Source: Prevotella sp. (GTDB lineage: Bacteria; Bacteroidota; Bacteroidia; Bacteroidales; Dysgonomonadaceae). From it: a DNA stretch of 64,000 nt. The stretch is taken from contig JAITVV010000093.1 of NCBI GenBank assembly GCA_031285625.1, positions 96,001-160,000 of the forward strand. Reading direction: 5' to 3'. Shown here in pieces: positions 1 to 9,625 of the stretch. Position numbers and translations under genes: made by a program. The notes beneath the pieces are model-generated. The model was not told the origin of the DNA, did no database searches, and worked only from the letters and a program-made list of their open reading frames with translations. Positions within the stretch are counted from its first letter, which is position 1, and each line of letters opens with the position of its first letter.

Positions 1-1292
1 ATGAAGGGGTTTTTAAAAGATCAATACATAACTTGGAGAATTCTTATTTCCGATTACGCTTTGAAGCCGAGTTGGATAAATTTAAGGGAAATTCCGGCAT
101 TGGTATTATTAGTGATACTGATCCACAGCCTATATTTATTAGTTCACACCTGGGCAAATATGCCATTGTTACAGTAGCAAAAGTAAATAATCTGGATGAG
201 CTTGAAAAAGAATTGTTAGATAAAGGTTCTCATTTCACAGAGTTTAATTCAGGAAAAATTAATCAAACAGAGTTGATTGCTCTTCTTATATCTCAAGGGA
301 AATCTTTTAAAGAAGGTATTGAGCTGGTATATGATAAAATACAGGGCTCTTGCTCAATGTTGATCCTTACCGAAAGTGGCATAATTGCAGCACGTGATAA
401 ATGGGGACGCACCCCTGTTATTGTAGGTAAAAAAGAAGGTGCATATGCGGTTTCAAGTGAGCCATGTAGTTTTCCAAACCTCGATTTTGAGATTGAATAT
501 AATGTTGGGCCAGGTGAAATAGTCCTGTTAACAGCAGATAAAATGGAACAATTACGTAAGCCCAATAAGAAAATGCAGGTTTGCTCTTTCCTTTGGGTTT
601 ATTATGGTTATCCGGTTTCAGATTATGAAGGGATAAATGTGGATGCAGTACGTTATGCCAGCGGAGTAACGATGTCAAAGAAAGATGATATTGAAGCTGA
701 TTATGTATCAGCCATTCCCGATTCCGGAATCGGTATGGGGTTGGGGTATGCAGAAGGGAAAGGAATTCCTTATCGTCGTGCAATTATCAAATACACTCCA
801 ACATGGCCTCGTAGTTTTACTCCGGCTAATCAGATAGTAAGAGATTTGGTTGCCAAAATGAAGTTAATACCAAACCGCGATATATTAAGAGATAAGCGTG
901 TAATCTTTTGTGACGACTCTATTGTTAGGGGAACACAACTCCACGACAATGTAAATATACTATACGGATATGGGGCGAAAGAAGTACATATTCGTCTGGG
1001 TAGTCCTCCAATATTGCATTCATGCCCTTTTGTCGGTTTCTCTGCATCCAAGTCACATCTCGAACTGATCACCCGCCGCACAATAAAAGAATTGGAGGGA
1101 GATGATTCTAAAGATTTGGATAAGTATGCAACTGCAGGATCTGAGCAATATTGTAATATGATAGAATATATCCGTAAGAAACTTAATATTACAACATTAA
1201 AATTTATTACTGTCGAAGATCTGGTAGAGTCTATAGGGCTTCCTAAAGAATGCGTATGTACATATTGTTACAATGCAGCTACAATAGAATAG
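1..1292 (+). CDS. purF: amidophosphoribosyltransferase, 5'-truncated by window edge
   Basis: Frame is open from base 3 (EGVFKRSIHNLENSYFR), so the true start is upstream of the window. PRPP-binding CDDSIVRGT, RDxWGRTP and C-terminal CVCTYC Fe-S cysteines. Confidence 0.88.
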   Translation, partial: EGVFKRSIHNLENSYFRLRFEAELDKFKGNSGIGIISDTDPQPIFISSHLGKYAIVTVAKVNNLDELEKELLDKGSHFTEFNSGKINQTELIALLISQGKSFKEGIELVYDKIQGSCSMLILTESGIIAARDKWGRTPVIVGKKEGAYAVSSEPCSFPNLDFEIEYNVGPGEIVLLTADKMEQLRKPNKKMQVCSFLWVYYGYPVSDYEGINVDAVRYASGVTMSKKDDIEADYVSAIPDSGIGMGLGYAEGKGIPYRRAIIKYTPTWPRSFTPANQIVRDLVAKMKLIPNRDILRDKRVIFCDDSIVRGTQLHDNVNILYGYGAKEVHIRLGSPPILHSCPFVGFSASKSHLELITRRTIKELEGDDSKDLDKYATAGSEQYCNMIEYIRKKLNITTLKFITVEDLVESIGLPKECVCTYCYNAATIE

Positions 1293-1351
1293 ATTAATAT
1301 AAATTAATTACTTGTATAACAGAAGATAATATGAACAATATTATCTTTTGC

Positions 1352-1359
1352 TATCTTTG
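1352..1359 (+). promoter_or_regulatory. Bacteroidota primary-sigma -7 element
   Basis: TATCTTTG matches TAnnTTTG, 8 nt before the ECF sigma ATG. Confidence 0.6.
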
Positions 1360-1367
1360 TCTTCGTT

Positions 1368-1943
1368 ATGAACGAAAAAGAGAGTATAATAGATTATTTA
1401 AAAGAGATTGCCCAACACGACTGTCCTGACTCATTTCACCAGTTGTATGATCACTATTATACACGTTTATTTCGCCAGGCATTATATTATCTGAATAATA
1501 ACCCTGACTATGCACAGGAAGTCGTAGCCGATGTTTTCGTTGCTCTATGGCAGAGTAGAAAAGTTTTGCAGCGTATTACAGAACCGGACTCCTATTTATT
1601 TATCGCCCTTAAGCATGCCGCAGCCAGATATATAGAAAAGAACTATAAAGATAAATTAGTACTTGTTACAGAAAAATTACCTGAAACGGACTATAGGTGT
1701 AGCGATTCTACAGATTTCAATATGATGGATGTGGAACTACAGACCAAATATGAGACTGCGCTAAAAAATCTGCCACCAAGATGTGCTGAAGTTTTTCGTC
1801 TGGTAAGAGAAGAAAGAAAAAAATATAGTGAGGTTGCCGAGTTACTGGGAATATCAGTTAAGACTGTTGATAACCAAATGAATAAAGCAGTAAAACTACT
1901 ATATGAACAATTAAAAGAAAATCTTTTTTCAATTTTTTTCTAA
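1368..1943 (+). CDS. ECF RNA polymerase sigma-70 factor (FecI-like)
   Basis: Region 2 AQEVVADVFVALW; region 4 LPPRCAEVF...KYSEVAELLGISVKTVDNQM; adjacent to fecR. Confidence 0.93.
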   Translation: MNEKESIIDYLKEIAQHDCPDSFHQLYDHYYTRLFRQALYYLNNNPDYAQEVVADVFVALWQSRKVLQRITEPDSYLFIALKHAAARYIEKNYKDKLVLVTEKLPETDYRCSDSTDFNMMDVELQTKYETALKNLPPRCAEVFRLVREERKKYSEVAELLGISVKTVDNQMNKAVKLLYEQLKENLFSIFF

Positions 1944-2000
1944 ATTCGTATAGGGGTATTTTTATTTTCTATACTCTTTATTATTGTAAGAGATAAAACA

Positions 2001-2972
2001 ATGATAATGAAATATAAAAATAAAATACAAACCGCACGCAAAAAATACCTGGAAACTGAAGTTCTTTCTGAGAATGACCGGAACTTGATAGATAGAGATT
2101 TGGCAGGAAAGGATTATATCAATTTTCTGTTTGATAATCAAAATTTTATTTTACCGGAAAAATATTCAGCAGAAACTACCTATCAGCTAATCAATGAAAA
2201 GATAGTTAAGGTAAATAAAGACCTTAAATTTGCAAACATTATAAGGTATACAAAATATGCTGCAGCAATAATTGTTATAGCATTAATTTCCACTTATGTA
2301 TATAAATACGTTTTATCTTCACCAGAAATGATTTACGCCTCGACGTCTTATGGTGAGAGAAAAGAGATTATGCTTCCTGATGGTTCCATTGTAATCCTTA
2401 ATAGCTTATCCCATCTGTCGTATCCGGAAAAGATGGATGGAGATACCCGTGAAGTCAGCCTGAATGGCGAAGCTTATTTTGATGTAATAAAGAATCCTCA
2501 AAAGACATTTATTGTAAATGTCAAAGATCTAGATATAAAAGTTTTAGGAACTAAATTTAATATAGAGGCTTATGAAACCCAAGAATCCATCACTACCACT
2601 TTATTTGAAGGTGCTGTATCTGTTAATCTGGATAACGGATATACCAAGCAACTTGAGCCAGGCCAGCAAGCAACTTATAACAAAATTAAAAATGAAATCG
2701 ATGTCCAGTCACCAGCAAACATTGATGGAAAACTACAATGGCAAACAGGTATATTAACTTTTGAGAATGAGAAACTATTTAATATATTAGATGTGCTAGG
2801 CAGAGAACACAATGTTAGTTTTGATATATCAGACAATCAGTTGAAGCAATTGCGCGTTACAGTACGTTTCAATGCTAAGGAACCGATAGAGACAGTATTA
2901 GCAATTATAGGTGAATCCGCCAATTTTAGCTTTATCAAACAAGGTAATATTTATAAGATTACAGCTAAGTAA
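2001..2972 (+). CDS. FecR-family anti-sigma factor
   Basis: Single TM helix, then LPDGSIVILNS, REVSLNGEAYFDV and VLGTKFNI motifs. Confidence 0.93.
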   Translation: MIMKYKNKIQTARKKYLETEVLSENDRNLIDRDLAGKDYINFLFDNQNFILPEKYSAETTYQLINEKIVKVNKDLKFANIIRYTKYAAAIIVIALISTYVYKYVLSSPEMIYASTSYGERKEIMLPDGSIVILNSLSHLSYPEKMDGDTREVSLNGEAYFDVIKNPQKTFIVNVKDLDIKVLGTKFNIEAYETQESITTTLFEGAVSVNLDNGYTKQLEPGQQATYNKIKNEIDVQSPANIDGKLQWQTGILTFENEKLFNILDVLGREHNVSFDISDNQLKQLRVTVRFNAKEPIETVLAIIGESANFSFIKQGNIYKITAK

Positions 2973-2989
2973 ACCTTGTTTATTATATT

Positions 2990-5560
2990 ATGAATATTAG
3001 AAAAATACTTTTAACACTTTCTTTTAGCTTATTTGTTTGTTTTCTCAGTGCTCAGACTAAGAAGATAACAATAGATACGAGTACAACTTTACGTGAAATA
3101 GCAAAAAATATTGAAAGTCAATGTGATTACTCATTTGTGTATACAGAGAATATCGATATGGATCAATCAAAAAAAGTATTGTTAAAAAATATGGCTTTAG
3201 AAGAAAGCTTAAATAATATCTTTGATAAAACAGGTATTCTTTGGCGTATTTCAGATAAGTATATTATCTTATATAATTCCAAATATATAACAATATCTGG
3301 CTATGTGACTGATGGAAAATCTCAGGAAACACTTATCGATGCCCCTATACAGGACAAAAATTCGCGTAATGGTAGTTTCTCAAATTCATATGGCTTTTAT
3401 ACAATACAGGTTGCTCCAGGGACAATAGAAATGCAAGCATCTTATATTGGTTATGCTCCTTCAATCAAAAAATTTGAAGCTAAAAAAGATACTGTAGTCA
3501 ATTTCCCTTTGGCCATTTCTGAAATATATCTGAAAGACATCGTAATACAAAATACAAAGTCATTTTCGCCATCCAGTGGTTCGGTGGAGTTTACAGGAAG
3601 TACTATAAAGTCTATGCCTGCTTCTTTTGCGGAGAGCGATGTATTAAAATCTTTACAATTTATACCAGGTATTCAATCTGGAGTAGAAGGTTCTGCAGGT
3701 ATATACGTTCGCGGAGGCGGGCCCGATCAGAATTTGATACTCATCGATGACGTTCCTGTTTATAATACAGGTCATGCATTTGGTTTATTCTCAGTTTTTA
3801 ATGGTGATGCAATCAAAAAGGTTTCTGTTCATAAAGGAAGCTTTCCGGCACGCTATGGGGGTAGATTATCGTCAGTAATTGATATACGATTCAGAGATGG
3901 CGACATGCAAAATTATCATGCCAGTGCCAGTATAGGATTATTGGCTGCCCGTGTAAATATTGAAGGTCCTATAATAAAAGGTAAAACATCATTTAATTTT
4001 TCGGCCAGGCGCTCTTATATTGATGGTTTTTTACGGATAGCACGAAGTTTTACTGATGAGAATGTACCTGTATTTTACATTTATGATGTGAATGCTAAGA
4101 TCAATCATAAATTTTCGGATAGGAGCCGTCTTTATTTGAGTTTTTATGAGGGTAGAGATGCACTGAATACAGGTCTTAAAGGACGAGATTATAATAATAA
4201 GAGATATGACCTTACAAAGCTAGAATATAAATGGGGTAATACGATAGCCTCTCTTCGTTGGAATTATATTTTTAATAGTAACTTATTTATGAATGCAACT
4301 GTTGCATATAATAGATATAAGTTCAATTTTGAATCACGCTCCGAAAACCGGAGTGAATATATAAACAGTATTTATTCAAATTTTCAATATTCAGGTATTA
4401 ATGACTGGCAGTTTAGTGCTGATTGGCAATATAGTCCTAATAACAAGCATCATATACGTTTCGGTAGTAGTTTTATTATGCATAAGTTTAGCCCGGAAGT
4501 AAACGGAAGCCATTCAAAAGAAACCGATAAGGAAGAGCATAAAAACAAAACGAACTATTATCTCTTTAATATAAATAGAGGTAAGGAAATGTCTCTGTAT
4601 GCTGAAGATGAGTTTCCTATCACAGAAAAATTTAAAACAAATCTAGGTGTACATTTCTCTCTAATCAATACAGAAGGAAAAACATATAAATCCTTGCAAC
4701 CACGCGCATCTTTTGGATACGAATTGAGCTCCAAATTAGCAGTGAAAACATCGTATACAAAGATGAATCAATATGTAAATCTTTTAACGTCGAATGCTAC
4801 GAGCCAGCCTACAGACCTTTGGGTGCCAATAACACGCAATCTCGAACCAATGTCTTCTCATCAGTTTACATTAGGGGCATTCTGGGATTCTCAATCCGGC
4901 TATAGCTTTTCTGTGGAAGGTTTTTACAAGAAAATGAACAATGTATTGGAATATAAAGACGGCTCATCGTGGAAAGATGCTTACATATCATGGGAAAGCC
5001 AAGTGGAAGCAGGCAAAGGATGGGGATATGGAGTTGAACTGTTTGCTCAAAAGAAAACAGGACGATTTGTTGGTTGGATAGGCTATACATTGGCTTGGAA
5101 TGACAGACAGTTTAAAACAATAAATTACGGAAAACGTTTCCCTGCAAAATATGATCGCAGGCACGATTTCAACATTACCGGAACATACAAGCTCAATTCG
5201 AAAGTTGATTTTTCAGCATCATGGATGTATGCCACAGGCAATAATACAACACTGGCTTTGGAAGAGTACCAGGTACTACCACATCCCGATTTAGGCTCAT
5301 ACTGGTATGAAACAGTACCATATGTTAAACAAAGAAATAATTATAGGTTGTCTCCTACTCATCATTTAGATGTTGATATGAAATACTATTATTCACCTAA
5401 AAAAATGTGGACATTCAGTATTTATAATATATATAATCGGCAAAATACTTATTTGGCCGAACCTGGCTATAGTAAAAAAGATAAAGGAAAACAAGTAGTA
5501 TATGAATATAACTTTTTGGGAATAGTGCCATCTATCTCATTTACTTATAAGTTTAGATAA
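2990..5560 (+). CDS. TonB-dependent receptor with N-terminal signalling (STN-like) and CarboxypepD_reg-like domains
   Basis: Signal peptide, STN-like N-terminus, plug motifs VRGGGPDQN and PARYGGRLSSV, C-terminal FTYKFR. Confidence 0.9.
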   Translation: MNIRKILLTLSFSLFVCFLSAQTKKITIDTSTTLREIAKNIESQCDYSFVYTENIDMDQSKKVLLKNMALEESLNNIFDKTGILWRISDKYIILYNSKYITISGYVTDGKSQETLIDAPIQDKNSRNGSFSNSYGFYTIQVAPGTIEMQASYIGYAPSIKKFEAKKDTVVNFPLAISEIYLKDIVIQNTKSFSPSSGSVEFTGSTIKSMPASFAESDVLKSLQFIPGIQSGVEGSAGIYVRGGGPDQNLILIDDVPVYNTGHAFGLFSVFNGDAIKKVSVHKGSFPARYGGRLSSVIDIRFRDGDMQNYHASASIGLLAARVNIEGPIIKGKTSFNFSARRSYIDGFLRIARSFTDENVPVFYIYDVNAKINHKFSDRSRLYLSFYEGRDALNTGLKGRDYNNKRYDLTKLEYKWGNTIASLRWNYIFNSNLFMNATVAYNRYKFNFESRSENRSEYINSIYSNFQYSGINDWQFSADWQYSPNNKHHIRFGSSFIMHKFSPEVNGSHSKETDKEEHKNKTNYYLFNINRGKEMSLYAEDEFPITEKFKTNLGVHFSLINTEGKTYKSLQPRASFGYELSSKLAVKTSYTKMNQYVNLLTSNATSQPTDLWVPITRNLEPMSSHQFTLGAFWDSQSGYSFSVEGFYKKMNNVLEYKDGSSWKDAYISWESQVEAGKGWGYGVELFAQKKTGRFVGWIGYTLAWNDRQFKTINYGKRFPAKYDRRHDFNITGTYKLNSKVDFSASWMYATGNNTTLALEEYQVLPHPDLGSYWYETVPYVKQRNNYRLSPTHHLDVDMKYYYSPKKMWTFSIYNIYNRQNTYLAEPGYSKKDKGKQVVYEYNFLGIVPSISFTYKFR

Positions 5561-5561
5561 A

Positions 5562-6521
5562 ATGAAAAGACTTTTTTATATAATATTAATTATCTCAATT
5601 TCAGTACCTTCCTGTCAGTTTGAAAGGGAAGTTGAGACTAATATAAAACCTATAGAGCCTCATTTAGTTTTAAATAGTCTTCTATTTACAGAAAGAGACT
5701 CCAGCTATTTTTACTTAACCAAGAGCCGCAGTGCGTTCTATGAAACTGATACTACATGGTGGGGCATGCAGAAGAAAGATTTTGAATATATAGGAGATGC
5801 CAAGTTTCAGCTACAGGTTAACGGAACTACTTTTAATTTAGAATATAGTTTGAAAGATAGTGCATACATTTATCCTGCTAAATTGAGTTCTGATGATAAT
5901 ATTGAAGTAATGGTGAACCAGAAGGATGGGGAGCTAAAATCTAAAGCTATTTTACCATTCCCTCCTTCTGTTTTATCTGTGGATACCTCCAAGATTCATA
6001 AATTAGTCAACAACGTTGAAAATGATTATCTTCAGTTTGAAGTAAAAATTAAAGATTATCCGGGTCAGAGTAATTACTACCGATTACTTGTAAACATGAA
6101 AATACCTTATTATGGTTGGGTTGGCTGGTGGAATAGCCAACAGTATTATACAGATGATCCGGTTCTTAAAAATGGGATGCCTAGCAATGTTGATGATCCC
6201 GATTTTAACTTAATACGATTCCCTGAAAATTATTTATCAATTTTTAGAGATATGCTGTTCGAAGGAGATGAATATACCTTAACATTTTATATAGATTATC
6301 CTTATGAATTATTTAGTAATAATGAGAGTGGAGGCTTTATATTGATCAAACTGCAGTCAATATCAGAAGATCTGTATAATTATTATTTTTCATTGCAGCG
6401 TAACCAGTATCTTGGAAATGAATTTAATGAACCGATTGTCGTTTTCAATAATATTGAAGGTGGCCTAGGTATCCTAGGGACCTGCAGTGAAACGACCGTT
6501 TTCAATTTTGATAAGAAATGA
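5562..6521 (+). CDS. DUF4249-like lipoprotein
   Basis: Lipobox VPSC; DxPGxxNYY and NIEGGLGI motifs; 1 nt downstream of the TBDT. Confidence 0.8.
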   Translation: MKRLFYIILIISISVPSCQFEREVETNIKPIEPHLVLNSLLFTERDSSYFYLTKSRSAFYETDTTWWGMQKKDFEYIGDAKFQLQVNGTTFNLEYSLKDSAYIYPAKLSSDDNIEVMVNQKDGELKSKAILPFPPSVLSVDTSKIHKLVNNVENDYLQFEVKIKDYPGQSNYYRLLVNMKIPYYGWVGWWNSQQYYTDDPVLKNGMPSNVDDPDFNLIRFPENYLSIFRDMLFEGDEYTLTFYIDYPYELFSNNESGGFILIKLQSISEDLYNYYFSLQRNQYLGNEFNEPIVVFNNIEGGLGILGTCSETTVFNFDKK

Positions 6522-6572
6522 AATAAGCGCGCCAAATATATAATTACTAATTTTTTAACAAACAATTTTAGC

Positions 6573-7244
6573 ATGAAGAAATTATGTCTATTAACGGCAT
6601 TGTTATGCACTTTTTGTGTCTCAATAACAGCTCAGCGAAAAGATTTTTTCAAAGATAAAAAACATGAATTGCGTTTATCATTAGGCTCAGTCAATGATGA
6701 TGGATATCATAGCAGCAGATATTATGTTCCATATGGGTATGGGTACATGTATCAAGGAGGCTATGGTTGGTATGGTGGAGATTATTACGAAGCAGCAAAC
6801 TATATGGGAGCTACAAAAACCTTAGGAGTAATTGGTTTGAGTTATTTTTATCATTTGCCTGATACCAGATTCTCATTTGGTAGTACTTTATCTTATAATG
6901 GGTATAATACCAACTTTTATCAACGTACAGATAATGCAAAAGTAGGCCATTTTAAAGAATATAATCTCGGATTTACTCCTTCTGTTCGATATGCGTGGAT
7001 TGTCAAAGATTGGTTTCAACTTTATTCCGGTGTAGGGGTTAGTTTATACTTTAATAGCACCCGATATAAATTGGAAATGAATGAGGGGAAAAAATCTTAT
7101 GAATCAAACAACACTTCTTTTGAGCAAAATGTTCAGATTACTCCTATCGGATTTTCAGTAGGAAGAACAATTTTTGCATTCGGAGAAGCCAATATTGGTG
7201 GGCGAACCGGAACATTTGTAGGTGGTATAGGATATCGTTTTTAA
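6573..7244 (+). CDS. small outer-membrane beta-barrel protein
   Basis: Signal peptide, amphipathic strands (QITPIGFSVG, FAFGEANIG), terminal GIGYRF. Confidence 0.75.
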   Translation: MKKLCLLTALLCTFCVSITAQRKDFFKDKKHELRLSLGSVNDDGYHSSRYYVPYGYGYMYQGGYGWYGGDYYEAANYMGATKTLGVIGLSYFYHLPDTRFSFGSTLSYNGYNTNFYQRTDNAKVGHFKEYNLGFTPSVRYAWIVKDWFQLYSGVGVSLYFNSTRYKLEMNEGKKSYESNNTSFEQNVQITPIGFSVGRTIFAFGEANIGGRTGTFVGGIGYRF

Positions 7245-7269
7245 TAAATAATAGAAATAAACAAAGATT

Positions 7270-8079
7270 ATGAACAAACTTATATATGTAATATCAGTAT
7301 TTATTCTGCTTATAACGGGATTTACAGCATGTGAGGTAGAAGATGGTGGATATGAAACCAGACCAACATTGCAAGGGCTAATTGCTTTTCAAACAACACA
7401 AACATGTATTTATGATGGAGTTGCAATTCTCGATTTAATGTCCAGAATAGATTATTATGCCCAGGCTTCTAATGACGAAAAAGAAGGCATAAAAAATTAT
7501 TATCTGAAAGAATATGAAATAAGCAAAACTGATCAAACATGGAAATTAAAATCCATAGGGTCTGAAGTAATATTTACCCATAATAGTAAATCGATAAATG
7601 AGATAGGTGCTGTTTGGACTGTACATATTACTTACAATGAAGGTCAATATAAGCAAACCGTTATAGATAATAATAATTTTCGTCTGGAAAGTAGTGGTGA
7701 TAAAAAATGGAGTATTAAGATAACGGATATGCTGTGTAATTATATGTATAATCCAAATAAAGATGAGACGCATTCAGGAGAATTTATTTTTACTGGAAGT
7801 ATTGCTAGTAATAAATCTCCTTTCTTATATGATTTTAAAATAGAATCCGGTACAGGAAAAATAAAATCATCTCCGATTTTAGACTATGAAGTAAAAGAAG
7901 CATTATCATACTTTTATATCTCAGACTATTATGCTGCTCCAACACTAACAAAAGGAGTATTAGTAATAAAAGCAGATAACAAAGATGATATTATAGCTAA
8001 TATCTCAATACCAGGTTCATTTCCTTCATATCAAATCACTTTTAACGGTATTACAGAAGATTGGGGATATTACCATTAA
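7270..8079 (+). CDS. hypothetical lipoprotein
   Basis: Lipobox FTAC followed by acidic EVED; beta-rich; co-oriented with the TBDT operon. Confidence 0.75.
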   Translation: MNKLIYVISVFILLITGFTACEVEDGGYETRPTLQGLIAFQTTQTCIYDGVAILDLMSRIDYYAQASNDEKEGIKNYYLKEYEISKTDQTWKLKSIGSEVIFTHNSKSINEIGAVWTVHITYNEGQYKQTVIDNNNFRLESSGDKKWSIKITDMLCNYMYNPNKDETHSGEFIFTGSIASNKSPFLYDFKIESGTGKIKSSPILDYEVKEALSYFYISDYYAAPTLTKGVLVIKADNKDDIIANISIPGSFPSYQITFNGITEDWGYYH

Positions 8080-8181
8080 CCCTAACAGAGATTTATAAAA
8101 CTACAATTAGAAAATAATCAGAGGACTTGAGTGATCTCTGATTATTTTTTCTATTTTATTTTTTATTATCCAATAAATAAT

Positions 8182-8205
8182 TATCTTTGTTGAATAATCG
8201 TTCAA
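8182..8205 (+). promoter_or_regulatory. -7 element abutting palindromic TetR operator 1
   Basis: TATCTTTG at 8182-8189 directly followed by TTGAATAATCGTTCAA at 8190-8205. Confidence 0.7.
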
Positions 8206-8215
8206 TGAATAAATT

Positions 8216-8821
8216 ATGGTCTCAGAAGATTTGATATTGAAAAAAACTTTTAAGTTATTATTGCTCAAAGGTTTTGATAGAGTATCCATAACGGATATAC
8301 AGAATGCAACGGGACTTTCCAGAGGGCTTTTATACCATTATTATAAAAATAAAGAAGATTTGTTTATACAAGTAACAGAAAAATATTTTATAGAAATATT
8401 TGATTTCGATATACGCAAAGTTACAGATCTGACTATATTTGAATTTATTGATTTTATGTTTAAGCGCTTCGATAGAATCGAACATGCAATATTGGATATT
8501 GTTAAGAATACTAATGATATACAAGGTGTTTCAATGCTCAATTATCATTTTTTATTCTATCAGGTAATGCAACGCGATGCTATATTCAGAAACAGATATC
8601 AGGCTACGATAGAAAAGGAGAAAATCGGCTGGGAAAACGCTTTAAAGAATAGTATAACTAAAAAGGAAATTAAGAGTGATACTAATATTGTTATATCTGC
8701 CAAAGAGTTAGTAACGTTGACAGATGGTGTTTGGTTTCAAAGTATTTATAGTGTGGATGGTAAGTTTATGATTCAAAAATTGGAGACTACTCTATTTCAT
8801 TATATTGATCTATTAAAATAA
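8216..8821 (+). CDS. TetR/AcrR family transcriptional regulator
   Basis: N-terminal HTH GFDRVSITDIQNATGLSRGLLYHYYKNKEDL. Confidence 0.93.
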   Translation: MVSEDLILKKTFKLLLLKGFDRVSITDIQNATGLSRGLLYHYYKNKEDLFIQVTEKYFIEIFDFDIRKVTDLTIFEFIDFMFKRFDRIEHAILDIVKNTNDIQGVSMLNYHFLFYQVMQRDAIFRNRYQATIEKEKIGWENALKNSITKKEIKSDTNIVISAKELVTLTDGVWFQSIYSVDGKFMIQKLETTLFHYIDLLK

Positions 8822-8837
8822 TTTTTTTGTATTATAA

Positions 8838-8853
8838 TTGAACAATCATTCAA
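8838..8853. promoter_or_regulatory. palindromic TetR operator 2
   Basis: TTGAACAATCATTCAA, 14/16 identical to 8190-8205, just upstream of the SMR gene. Confidence 0.7.
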
Positions 8854-8868
8854 TAAAATATAGCTATT

Positions 8869-9195
8869 ATGGGATGGATTTATTTATTATTCGCAAGTTT
8901 GTTTGAAGTGGGATTTACATTTTGTCTATCAAAAGCAAAGGAAGCTGTTGCGCCTCATTCTCATTATTGGTATATAGGATTTGGTATCTGTTTGGTTGTA
9001 GGTATGTCATTACTTGTAAAAGCTACACAAACAATATCGATGGGAACCGCTTATGCAATATTTACAGGAATAGGAGCTGCAGGTACTGTGTTACTAGGCA
9101 TAGTTGTTTTTAAAGAACCAGCCAATCTTTTACGTGTATTTTTTATATTTACACTTATAGCTTCTGTGGTAGGGTTAAAAGCTGTATCTCACTAG
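8869..9195 (+). CDS. SMR family (SugE/Gdx-like) small multidrug transporter
   Basis: 108 aa, 4 TM, membrane Glu in LFEVG, GTAYAIFTGIG motif. Confidence 0.9.
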   Translation: MGWIYLLFASLFEVGFTFCLSKAKEAVAPHSHYWYIGFGICLVVGMSLLVKATQTISMGTAYAIFTGIGAAGTVLLGIVVFKEPANLLRVFFIFTLIASVVGLKAVSH

Positions 9196-9231
9196 TATGG
9201 AAGTATTTTATGAATGGCACAGTATCTTTAT

Positions 9232-9268
9232 GGTGATGGCCCTGCCCGCCAATCCATCACCTTTGTTC
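9232..9268 (+). terminator. possible terminator hairpin after SMR gene
   Basis: GGTGATGG-N14-CCATCACC followed by TTTGTT. Confidence 0.4.
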
Positions 9269-9500
9269 TAAAAGAAACAATATTGTATTCCGATCTTGGA
9301 GTCAATAGCTATTACTACGTTTATATCCAACATAATTTATAAGCTGGTAGTTTTTCATAGTTTGTGATTTTTTGTCTGTTTCCTAATATACAAAATGTAT
9401 AAATAATATGTAGAGTTGGGGATGGGATGGCTTATAATTCCACAATATTTTTGAGCAAATCACAAAAAATGAAGAATAAAATGTTAAAATTAAAAAAACA

Positions 9501-9526
9501 TGTAACCTTTTACCTTAATTTGCGAC
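9501..9526 (+). promoter_or_regulatory. ECF-type promoter of exporter 1
   Basis: TGTAAC-N16-CGAC, the AAC/CGnC layout typical of ECF promoters, 100 nt upstream of the GTG start. Confidence 0.55.
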
Positions 9527-9625
9527 ATATATAGAAAAAAGTTTGATACAAATATTTTCGGGTAAAATATATAACGTTAATTTTGTGCTGCAAACAATAC
9601 TATAAACTATCTAACTGCAACAAGC

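Noticed and set aside
8822-8868. Guanidine riboswitch upstream of the SugE-like gene
   Set aside because: Only 47 AT-rich nt with no ACGR hairpins or ykkC features; a TetR-type palindrome occupies the space.
9197-9360. Small ORFs (MEVFYEWH..., 24 aa; minus-strand MKNYQL...) and a fluoride-riboswitch-like GGTGATGG
   Set aside because: No recognisable homology. The hairpin lies downstream of a gene and lacks the rest of the riboswitch consensus, so a terminator is the simpler reading.
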